From Cyanobacteriota bacterium (GTDB lineage: Bacteria > Cyanobacteriota > Cyanobacteriia > Cyanobacteriales > Nostocaceae), in the NCBI GenBank assembly GCA_046045965.1, contig JBJOKS010000057.1:1-14565 (forward strand): a stretch of 14,565 nt of DNA, written 5' to 3'. Positions 7,214 through 14,565 of this stretch are shown one piece after another; the first letter of the stretch is position 1; each line of letters starts with the position of its first letter. The notes beneath the pieces are model-generated. The model saw nothing but the letters and a program-made list of their open reading frames with translations, ran no database searches and had not been told where the DNA came from. The position numbers were made by a program, and so were the translations under genes.

Positions 7214-7732
7214 GTAATGCTTCTGCCTTTTTAAACAACGTAGTTAAACCTGTCAAAATCTGGGTCTTACCCCGGTCAAAAATACCCTAAAGAGGTCAAT
7301 TTCACGCTCTGTTAACTAGTGTGTCTAGTAACCCAATCTCACAACGACTCGGTGGTAGTAGTCAATATAAGGAAATTTTGGGTCATAAACCAATGGTTAC
7401 TGCATAAGTTGAACTTAATCTCTTTTGGGGCAATGCTAGATAATGTCTACTTCATAAAAGTCAAACATTTCTGGAGTTGTCCTAACCTGGTTAATATGTG
7501 GTGGTGATTCCTTACTACCATCCTGTAATAAATAGTGCTGCAAAACAAGCGTTAATTGCGGTTGTTTGAGTTGCCTACTTGTAGTCATTGGCATTTCTAG
7601 GAAGTCTGGGGACTCGGCTGTACTTTTAACCCTAATGTATTTGATCTTAACTCATTCTCAGGCTTACCTTCATGGTTTTAAACAATAATCACTAAAGAGT
7701 TTTGAGTTTTGATCTGTAACATGAGCTGTAGG

Positions 7733-7749
7733 ACAGGCAAAATGCCTGT
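7733..7749. repeat. REP-like short palindrome ACAGGCA-AAA-TGCCTGT
   Basis: Perfect 7-bp stem with a 3-nt loop. Related copy at 7903-7923. Confidence 0.65.
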
Positions 7750-7902
7750 TAGTGGCAAAAATATGGGAAGATTTATCAGGCAAGTCTCTGACGGCGATTC
7801 AGATCAATTCATCAGTGACAAATTTTACTGGGTATTAAATATGAATAGTTTAATCCCATTATACACCAATTATAAGTATGAAGATAAATATTTAATTTTT
7901 TA

Positions 7903-7923
7903 GGGCAGGCAAGATGCCCACCC
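7903..7923. repeat. REP-like palindrome GGGCAGGCA-AGA-TGCCCACCC (possible 3'-end hairpin of the 71-aa gene)
   Basis: Imperfect 9-bp stem sharing the GGCA-NNA-TGCC core with 7733-7749. Lies about 60 bp past the stop of 7986-8201. Confidence 0.55.
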
Positions 7924-7985
7924 GATAATAAATGTATTCCATCCAAGTGATCACAGGCTTCATGTTCAGTGTTTGCGAGTAATTC

Positions 7986-8201
7986 TTAGTGAGTTTTATT
8001 CAGTACAGGCAATTCTCTTAGATTCTTTGAGCAAGCTTCTCGTTTAATTTTACCTGTGCGGATTGCGTCGTATAGGGTGGTAAGAGCTTTTAAATCATCT
8101 GCATGATAGCATCTAGTTGCCAGTACCTGAAGGAGTAGACCCTCTGATTCAACACTAAGATATCCAGTTTGGAAGGCAGATGTAATAATTGTGCGAATCA
8201 T
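7986..8201 (-). CDS. Small conserved cyanobacterial hypothetical protein (71 aa)
   Basis: MIRxII..A..TGYLSVE.E..L...L.....DL.AL..L..A...G.I..E resembles a recurrent family of small helical cyanobacterial proteins. Helical, amphipathic pattern. Confidence 0.7.
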   Translation of the reverse strand: MIRTIITSAFQTGYLSVESEGLLLQVLATRCYHADDLKALTTLYDAIRTGKIKREACSKNLRELPVLNKTH

Positions 8202-8286
8202 GATAAATAGGGCAGAATGAACGATTTATCATTCATATTGTGGAACACTTGCTCCCTAAACACATTGATATAGGACAGTAAATATT

Positions 8287-8325
8287 CGTGATTGTCATTA
8301 CATGATTTTTGTGATCTCCATCACG
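8287..8325. promoter_or_regulatory. Two tandem CRP-family (TGTGA-N6-TCACA-like) binding sites upstream of the 71-aa gene
   Basis: CGTGA-ttgtca-TTACA (8287-8302) and TGTGA-tctcca-TCACG (8310-8325), 23 bp apart. Confidence 0.5.
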
Positions 8326-8507
8326 TTCTAAAAAGACAAATCCTATAATAGCACAGGCTTTTATCTACGTACTTAGTGCAAAAAAGTAATTTAAACTACC
8401 ATGAGTTATTAAGTTGTCAAAAGAGATATTAGTTATTAATTATACTATATTTTGAATTGGTTATTCAAGCTCTAGTATTTAAAAGCACAAAATAAAATAA
8501 CAGTTGA

Positions 8508-9296
8508 TCATGGTAAAAACTGACGAAAATCTTCATCTTTTTGACTTAATTGCACCCAGTTTAAATTGATTGATTGGAATTTTTGTACCAAGCGATCGCA
8601 CGCTGGGCGCTCAGTGGCATAATGTCCAGCATCAATTAAAATCAGTCCTTGATCTCTACTTTCTTGGAATTGATGAAATTTACAATCAGCGGTGAGATAG
8701 GCTTGGGCGTTGGTTTTCACGACTGCGGAAATAAAACCTGCACCCGAACCACCCAAAACAGCAACTCGTGAAATTTGTTGTTGTAAATTCGCTGTGGGGG
8801 AAAAAATCAATTTTGGGGGGTTAAGTTGATGTTGAATTGTGGTGAGTAATTCCTGTAATGTCAAAGACGGTTCTAGCATTCCTACCCTTCCATATCCTAA
8901 ACCCGATTGGGTGGGAACTATGGGAGATACGGCTTGCAGCTGTAACATTTGCGCCAAAACATCCGCTGTGCCATCATTTACCTGATCGAAATTTGTATGG
9001 GCGCTGTAGATACCGATATTGTGAGTAAAAGCTAACCTCGCCATTTCTGCTAGTGCTTCCCCACTGCGTAGAGATTTGGGGGGATGAAAAATTAAGGGAT
9101 GATGGGCAAAAATCAGATTAGCATTGAGAGCGATCGCTTCTGCCATCACTGCTAAAGTCGGAGTTAAACACACTAATACCCGTGTTTCTTCATTTAACAC
9201 ACCAGGCTCAATCTGCCAACCACAATTATCCCAGCTTTCACACCAAGCCGGATTTGCCCATTCTTCAAACCAGGTGATTAAATCAGTAATTTTCAT
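8508..9296 (-). CDS. Nif3-like dinuclear metal centre hexameric protein (YbgI/DUF34 family)
   Basis: WDNCG, FAHHPLIF, YSAHTNFD, GGSG and IDAGHYATE motifs. Confidence 0.93.
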   Translation of the reverse strand: MKITDLITWFEEWANPAWCESWDNCGWQIEPGVLNEETRVLVCLTPTLAVMAEAIALNANLIFAHHPLIFHPPKSLRSGEALAEMARLAFTHNIGIYSAHTNFDQVNDGTADVLAQMLQLQAVSPIVPTQSGLGYGRVGMLEPSLTLQELLTTIQHQLNPPKLIFSPTANLQQQISRVAVLGGSGAGFISAVVKTNAQAYLTADCKFHQFQESRDQGLILIDAGHYATERPACDRLVQKFQSINLNWVQLSQKDEDFRQFLP

Positions 9297-9522
9297 TAGA
9301 TATTTACACGGTTATTTTACGTAATTACACAGTTAGAGGATCATTTAACCATTGTAGCTTAAGTTCAGCTAGAAGATAGTTCCCCAACTTCTTTTAGATC
9401 GGAATATTCAGTTTTTTAAGCTGACTCTACTAATAATCATTAATTGTCAATTGTCACCTAGATATAAGGTGATTGAGTGTAAATTACTTTGTAATTGCAC
9501 GTAGATGCACAGAGGAAAATAC

Positions 9523-10866
9523 TTAGGAAATACTTTTGATCAACGCTTGCTTAAACTCTTCCGCAGTCTGAAAAGTAATTTTCGGCTTCTCCACCAAAGC
9601 TAAATCTATTACTTCGGCTAATTTTTGAGGAATGCTGTTATTACGCTGACGAATAGGTACAGGATCATTTTGCAAAACTGCTAACCAAGGATCACCTGTA
9701 AAATCACGGGGGAAATATCCCGTAAGCATATTATATAAACAAGCAGCAGTTGCCCAAACATCAACTTCTGGTAGTGAGTTTTGAAAATCTAGCACCTGCT
9801 GACGTGGTATAAATGCAGGTGTACCCATCTGATTTCCTGTCAAAGTTTGACCACTCAACCCTGCTAAGTCAAAGGCTTTTGTTAAACCATAATCACCTAT
9901 TTTCGCCACTATTTTATCATCTATATATGTAATCAAAATATTATATGGGTTTAAATCTCGGTGAACCAAACCTTTACCTTTTCCCTGCTTTCCATCAGCT
10001 GATTTAAGATGAGGAAGTTCTACTTGATGGGCATATATCAAACCATCGAGAACTTGAATGATTATTTCTACAGCGATATTAACAGGTAAACGCCATCCCG
10101 ACCTTTGCATTAAATCCCAAACATTGCCCCCTTCACAATATTCCATGATAAAAAAGAAAGTTTCTTCCGCAAAGCCATAATCTAACAACTGTACGATATG
10201 AGGATGTTGTAAACACTTGGTATTTTCCACTTCCTCCAGAAACTTATGTATACCCTCTTCCTTACCAGCAACTGCTGGAGACATCAACTTTATAGCTACA
10301 AATTTTCTTAACTTGTTATTTTCTGCTAAAAAGACTTCACCCAAACCACCTTTACCAAGGGACTTAACAAACTTATAACAGGAGATTATTTTTAGATTTT
10401 CGTCACCCTGTCCAGCTAAATCTAGTAAATGGTGAAGCAGGTTTAAAAAACTTGGCTGGACTTTTTCTATAATTGGAATTGGAGTTTTAATTAGCTGTGA
10501 TTCTTCTACTTCTATCCCTATTTTAAAGAAAATATCCCCCAATTTAATTTCATCACCATCTTGTAAATCATATTCTGGAAAATTTAACTTTAAACCTTCT
10601 TGTGCTGTTTGATGGCGTTTCCTTTGACCAATTTTTTTACCATTGACAAAAGTGCCATTTAAACTTCCTAAGTCGCGCACCCGAATATCTGGGGGGTTAA
10701 TATCTAATAAGCAGTGATAGCGGGAAATTGTCATATCAATTTCATTGGCTAGTTGTAGGTTACAATCATGATTTCTGCCAATGATGCAAGTGCTTCGAGA
10801 ATCAAAATTATATTCCTTTCCCGATAGTGTACCTTGAGTGATGGTGAGAGTAATTTTCGATGGCAT
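9523..10866 (-). CDS. FHA domain-containing Hanks-type Ser/Thr protein kinase
   Basis: FHA motifs IGRxxDC, ISRYH and DLGSLNGT. Kinase motifs GKGGLG, VAIK, HRDLNPYN, DYG and DVW. Confidence 0.92.
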   Translation of the reverse strand: MPSKITLTITQGTLSGKEYNFDSRSTCIIGRNHDCNLQLANEIDMTISRYHCLLDINPPDIRVRDLGSLNGTFVNGKKIGQRKRHQTAQEGLKLNFPEYDLQDGDEIKLGDIFFKIGIEVEESQLIKTPIPIIEKVQPSFLNLLHHLLDLAGQGDENLKIISCYKFVKSLGKGGLGEVFLAENNKLRKFVAIKLMSPAVAGKEEGIHKFLEEVENTKCLQHPHIVQLLDYGFAEETFFFIMEYCEGGNVWDLMQRSGWRLPVNIAVEIIIQVLDGLIYAHQVELPHLKSADGKQGKGKGLVHRDLNPYNILITYIDDKIVAKIGDYGLTKAFDLAGLSGQTLTGNQMGTPAFIPRQQVLDFQNSLPEVDVWATAACLYNMLTGYFPRDFTGDPWLAVLQNDPVPIRQRNNSIPQKLAEVIDLALVEKPKITFQTAEEFKQALIKSIS

Positions 10867-10898
10867 GGTAAATTTAGGAGGTAAGTGGACTATTTAAG

Positions 10899-11010
10899 TA
10901 AGTAATCGTGCAAAATAAATTTTATAGTTTAGGAGAGGGAACAGGAAGTAAGGAATATAGACATTCTTGTTTTCAATCAATATGTACAATTAATTTTGCT
11001 TGGGTACTTA
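10899..11010. mobile_element. MITE-like element with TAAGTA...TACTTA ends
   Basis: AAGTAATCGTGCAAAATAAATT (10900-10921) vs reverse complement of 10988-11009 AAGTACCCAAGCAAAATTAATT (17/22 by hand). TA at both ends. Confidence 0.5.
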
Positions 11011-11170
11011 TATAAATAAATATATCTTGATTTAATTTTATGGTTTTTTATGGTTTTTTATATAACATTTTTCATGGGCAAAAGGTCTAATCAAGTGATA
11101 ATCAAACTCGGACTACAAGAGAGTTTTACTCCCGACTCTTGAATTCTTAACTTAGTATTTAATCACAGTT

Positions 11171-11584
11171 TTAACCAGAAATGTGAACTACCAACTCTCT
11201 GCTATGATTATGCTGGCGATGTTCCCAAATGTAAATACCTTGCCATGTTCCTAAAACTAAATGACCATTATTAATGGGAATATTTTCGGAAGTATGGGTT
11301 AAAACTGTGCGGATGTGTCCTGGCATATCATCATCACCTTCGGCATCATGGATATAATAGTTGCCTTCTGGTACTAGTTTAGCCATAAAATTTGCTAAGT
11401 CTATTAACACATCAGGATCAGCATTTTCTTGAATGACTAAACTGGCTGAAGTGTGCCGCAAAAATAAAGTGCAAAGTCCCGTTTTTACCCCAGACTCTGC
11501 GACTATGGCGGCAACTTTTGAGGTAATATTCTGAAAAGATTTGCCAGTGGTGGAAATTCTCAGCAATTTTTGGTAGTGTGTCAT
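11171..11584 (-). CDS. yjbQ: YjbQ/UPF0047 family protein (secondary thiamine-phosphate synthase-like)
   Basis: HTSASL, ENADPDV, HDAEGDDDMPGHIR and LGTWQGIY motifs. Confidence 0.92.
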   Translation of the reverse strand: MTHYQKLLRISTTGKSFQNITSKVAAIVAESGVKTGLCTLFLRHTSASLVIQENADPDVLIDLANFMAKLVPEGNYYIHDAEGDDDMPGHIRTVLTHTSENIPINNGHLVLGTWQGIYIWEHRQHNHSRELVVHISG

Positions 11585-11588
11585 AGTA

Positions 11589-11612
11589 ATTTTAGATTTT
11601 AGATTTTAGATT
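11589..11612 (+). repeat. (ATTTTAG)x3 heptamer repeat just upstream of yjbQ
   Basis: Read directly. Confidence 0.85.
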
Positions 11613-11634
11613 GGGAGTATTTCAGCAATGTTAT

Positions 11635-12717
11635 TTACAGGGATTGAAAATAATCTATTATTGCTGAAGCTATACTTTGATTACCATTTTTAGCTATTGG
11701 TTGCTGTTGCTTTGGTGGTTGGGGAGAGTCATGGAGAAAATCCCAATTACCATCAAAAAATTCTGTTGGTGTGATAATTTGATGGTGGTTGTAATTGCTA
11801 ATTCCTGATAATAGCAAAGCTGCTTCTGCAAAGTCATCACGCGGTATGGTAATAATAGGTATTTCTAAAAGTGTAGCTTCTGCAAAAGTGCTGTACCCAG
11901 GTTTAGAAACAACTCTTCCACAAATTGGCATAAAATCAACAGGACGATATTGATAATTCTGCACTTTAATTAAGTTAGGTAAATCTGGTGCTGAAGCATC
12001 AAAGGTGATAAATTGCCAATCAGAAAATTTCCTAATATTATCATAAGGAATTGCCTGTAAACCCAAACCTCCAAATGTTAGTAAGATGGTTTTTTCTGGT
12101 GGTGTCGTTATTCCCCAATTGGTGCGTATTTCATCAATGGAGAAGTTGGGAGAACCTCCTGTTAAACCCACATCTATGATATTTGGAAAAGCTGACATGG
12201 GTTCATGGAAGGGAAGACGAAATAAGCGATCGCTCTGATTATACCAATCACTGATCCAATCGGCAATTTCTATAAATTCTCCACCCCAATTTCGATAAAT
12301 AAACTCCCAACTAAAGTTACTTGTCATCCAACAGGGAATATTGGCCGCTTTCCCCAACCCAGCTGCAAGAAAGGGAATATCTGCCAAAATGAGATTAACA
12401 CGATTTTGGCGAATAAAGTTAACTTCGGACGCAATTAATGAATTTTGATTTTTTTTAATCTCTCTTAACTTTTGTAAAGTTGCTGCTTTATCCATTGTCA
12501 AACTATCAGCTTGAGCTACACCCAAATCAAATGCTCGTTGACGCAGGATAAAATCACCTTTGATATAGGATTCTAGCAGCCATCGTGGTGCTGTTGTCAC
12601 AATAATTAACAGCACTTCTGGACATAATTTCTGAATTGTTGCGGCTATTGATGCAGTGCGGGTAGTATGGCCAAAGCCGTGGTTAGTGATGGCTATATAT
12701 AAAATTGGACGGTTCAT
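11635..12717 (-). CDS. GT-B fold glycosyltransferase-like protein (GT28-like; resembles the N-terminal domain of plant L-arabinokinase)
   Basis: NHGFGHTTR, LLTFGG, VSKPGYSTFAEA and PRDDFAE motifs. Confidence 0.8.
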   Translation of the reverse strand: MNRPILYIAITNHGFGHTTRTASIAATIQKLCPEVLLIIVTTAPRWLLESYIKGDFILRQRAFDLGVAQADSLTMDKAATLQKLREIKKNQNSLIASEVNFIRQNRVNLILADIPFLAAGLGKAANIPCWMTSNFSWEFIYRNWGGEFIEIADWISDWYNQSDRLFRLPFHEPMSAFPNIIDVGLTGGSPNFSIDEIRTNWGITTPPEKTILLTFGGLGLQAIPYDNIRKFSDWQFITFDASAPDLPNLIKVQNYQYRPVDFMPICGRVVSKPGYSTFAEATLLEIPIITIPRDDFAEAALLLSGISNYNHHQIITPTEFFDGNWDFLHDSPQPPKQQQPIAKNGNQSIASAIIDYFQSL

Positions 12718-12751
12718 ATAGGAGGTAATTGGTAAACATTGATTTTGGCAT

Positions 12752-13909
12752 CTACAGATGAGAAAATTTTTCTATTTCTTTTATTAATTGGTCAATTTCT
12801 GATTCTAAGGTTAAGTAATGAACACTAACCCGAATACAATTAGGATTGGCAATTGTGCGAGTTAAGATTTTTTGTGATTCTAAAAATTGTACTAATTTTG
12901 AACTAGGTTGATTATTGTGAAGCTGGAAGGAAACTAACCCGCTTTGGGGAGGTGAATTTTTTAAACATTTGACATTATTTAAAGCTGTTAACTTTTGCCA
13001 AAGATATTCACTGTTACGGCAAATTTGCTGATATCTTTCCTCTGCGGTTCCCCATGCGTTATGAATGGCGATCGCTTGCTTTAAACTCACATATAATGGA
13101 GTTGCTAAAGTAGACACTTCATATCTCCGACCATCTGGTTTTAAACTAATAGGTTGTGCTTGATTATTGGTAACTACTCCATCCAAACCTATAAATGTCG
13201 GATGCAACATTTCCCGTGCTTGGGGTCGAACATACAAACCACCTACACCTGCTGGTCCGCATAACCATTTATGTCCAGTAAAAGCATAGAAATCTACCCC
13301 CAATTCTGCTAAATTTAAAGGCAGAACCCCAACTGATTGAGCCGCATCTACCAACAACAAAGAATTGTTGTTTCTGCATATTTCTGTTATTTTGTCAATA
13401 GGTAAAACTTGACCTGTATTCCACAAAACATGACTTAAAATTACTAGTCGTGTATTGGGGCGTAAATTTTCGGCAATAATAGTGACAGGATCGCCATCGT
13501 TTAAAGTTGCCATCAGGGGACAAGTGGAAACTTCTACAGCGAATCTACGACTAATTTCTTGGGCAGTAGCAATTACTCCCGGATGTTCACAGTCGGAAAG
13601 AAGTAAATGATCACCAGCTTGCCAATTAATTCCCCACATTCCTATATTACAGCCGATGGTAACATTACCTGTGAGGGTGATTGTGTCAGTTGGTACATTT
13701 AATGTAGAGGCGATCGCTTGCCGAGAAGCTTGCATTTGGGGAGATATCCAGCCATAAGCCTCAGCACCAAAAGGTCCTATTGCCTGAATATGCGCTTGAG
13801 TCTGGGTAATAGCATCCATTGCCCCTTGAGGCATTGGTCCTTGTCCCCCATAATTAAAATAAATCTTATTAGCTAAAGCTGGAAATTGTGCGCGATGGTG
13901 ATGCAACAT
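12752..13909 (-). CDS. PLP-dependent class V aminotransferase; L-cystine/cysteine C-S lyase (C-DES-like)
   Basis: YFNYGGQG, EHP, SHVLWNTG, DAAQS, PLP-lysine motif FTGHKW and RVSVHY. I see no NifS/SufS-type catalytic Cys loop (xSACxS or RxGxHC). Confidence 0.85.
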   Translation of the reverse strand: MLHHHRAQFPALANKIYFNYGGQGPMPQGAMDAITQTQAHIQAIGPFGAEAYGWISPQMQASRQAIASTLNVPTDTITLTGNVTIGCNIGMWGINWQAGDHLLLSDCEHPGVIATAQEISRRFAVEVSTCPLMATLNDGDPVTIIAENLRPNTRLVILSHVLWNTGQVLPIDKITEICRNNNSLLLVDAAQSVGVLPLNLAELGVDFYAFTGHKWLCGPAGVGGLYVRPQAREMLHPTFIGLDGVVTNNQAQPISLKPDGRRYEVSTLATPLYVSLKQAIAIHNAWGTAEERYQQICRNSEYLWQKLTALNNVKCLKNSPPQSGLVSFQLHNNQPSSKLVQFLESQKILTRTIANPNCIRVSVHYLTLESEIDQLIKEIEKFSHL

Positions 13910-13913
13910 ATCA

Positions 13914-13951
13914 ATTTGAGATTTTGAGATTTTAAGATTTTGAGATTTTGG
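13914..13951 (+). repeat. (ATTTTGAG)-type octamer repeat x~4.5 just upstream of the C-DES-like gene
   Basis: atttgag attttgag attttaag attttgag attttgg. Confidence 0.8.
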
Positions 13952-14028
13952 ATGGGAAATTTAAAATGTTAAATCCGAAACTTGAGCATAAAAACCCCTA
14001 TTCAACTCCTATTTATTCATAATATTCT

Positions 14029-14068
<40 letters not shown>

Positions 14069-14102
14069 TCCAAAATGTCCTAATTATTGTTAACTTAAAG
14101 GA

Positions 14103-14565
14103 ATGTTAATCAATGCTGATCTCCTACTCCAATATCAACGCTGTAAGCGGCGGCCTTTTTTAGATACTCATGGTGACTATAGCCAGCGAGATGTTACTCA
14201 TGATCTGTTGATGAAAGTGCAGCAAGACAAACTCACTCATCAGCAAAGTGTGTTAGAAAACTTGACTTATCACCAACCTGATTATCCCTCAAAAAATTGG
14301 GAAGCAGGGGTTGCCGCAACTGTAGAATTGATGCAGCAAGGTGTTGATCTGATTCATCGGGGAGTGTTATTAGCCACTTATGATGAAAAATATACCTTAC
14401 TAAGTCGTCCAGATTTGCTTGTCAAACAGCCAGGAACATCCAGCTTTGGAGACTGGTTTTATGTTCCGGTGGATATTCAACTAGGTAAACGTCCTAAACA
14501 AGAATATCAAGTTGTTGCTGCTTTTCACGCGGAAATTTTGGGGGCTTTACAGGAAGTCACTCTGG
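14103..14565 (+). CDS. TM0106 family RecB-like putative nuclease, N-terminal part (3'-truncated; not in the ORF track)
   Basis: ORF open to the window end: MLINADLLLQYQRCKRRPFLD...SRPDLLVK...YVPVDIQLGKRPKQEYQ (PD-(D/E)xK-like core). AAAGGA lies just before the ATG. Confidence 0.85.
   Translation, partial: MLINADLLLQYQRCKRRPFLDTHGDYSQRDVTHDLLMKVQQDKLTHQQSVLENLTYHQPDYPSKNWEAGVAATVELMQQGVDLIHRGVLLATYDEKYTLLSRPDLLVKQPGTSSFGDWFYVPVDIQLGKRPKQEYQVVAAFHAEILGALQEVTL

Larger units (their letters stand above)
1864..13717. repeat. HIP1 octamer GCGATCGC, 8 dispersed copies
   Basis: Found at 1864, 3248, 5555, 8592, 9130, 12226, 13068 and 13710. Typical of HIP1-rich cyanobacteria. Confidence 0.9.

Noticed and set aside
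7214..7650. Known riboswitch or named sRNA in the long leader
   Set aside because: I could not match it by eye to any known family (glutamine, TPP, cobalamin, Yfr-type); reported only as an unknown candidate.
7319..7903. 62-aa and 64-aa + strand ORFs
   Set aside because: GTG/TTG starts, no SD, no recognisable motifs; one runs through a REP-like hairpin.
9124..9324. 66-aa + strand ORF
   Set aside because: Antisense shadow of the Nif3-like gene.
9477..9500. Imperfect inverted repeat gtgtaaattac-ttt-gtaattgcac after the kinase stop
   Set aside because: AT-rich, mismatched stem with no U-tract; too weak to call a terminator or operator.

Overview
AT-rich, gene-dense chromosomal segment of a heterocyst-forming (Nostocales-type) cyanobacterium. 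This is inferred from 8 HIP1 octamers (GCGATCGC), many heptamer STRR-type repeats and an ndhP gene. In order it holds: the 3' part of a sensor histidine kinase and an AraC-type response regulator; a minus-strand rsmA(ksgA)-ispE-DUF3082-like run; a GerMN-like lipoprotein; ndhP (40 aa, missing from the ORF track) tightly followed by a beta-CASP metallo-beta-lactamase nuclease; a convergent 103-aa protein with an Sm/LSm-like pattern and a long, structured-looking upstream region; a 71-aa small protein with tandem CRP-type sites; a Nif3/YbgI protein; an FHA-Ser/Thr kinase; a minus-strand cystine lyase (C-DES-like)-glycosyltransferase-yjbQ run; and the 5' part of a TM0106 RecB-like nuclease (also missing from the ORF track). 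Two ~110-bp MITE-like elements and REP-like hairpins lie between genes. I saw no rRNA, tRNA, CRISPR array or transposase. The best candidate for an undescribed system is 5019-7650, a possible redox-linked RNA-processing module: ndhP, a beta-CASP RNase with AbrB-like and HiPIP-like four-Cys tail motifs, and an LSm-like gene with a GAC-rich leader. That reading is inference from motifs seen by eye; no searches were run.
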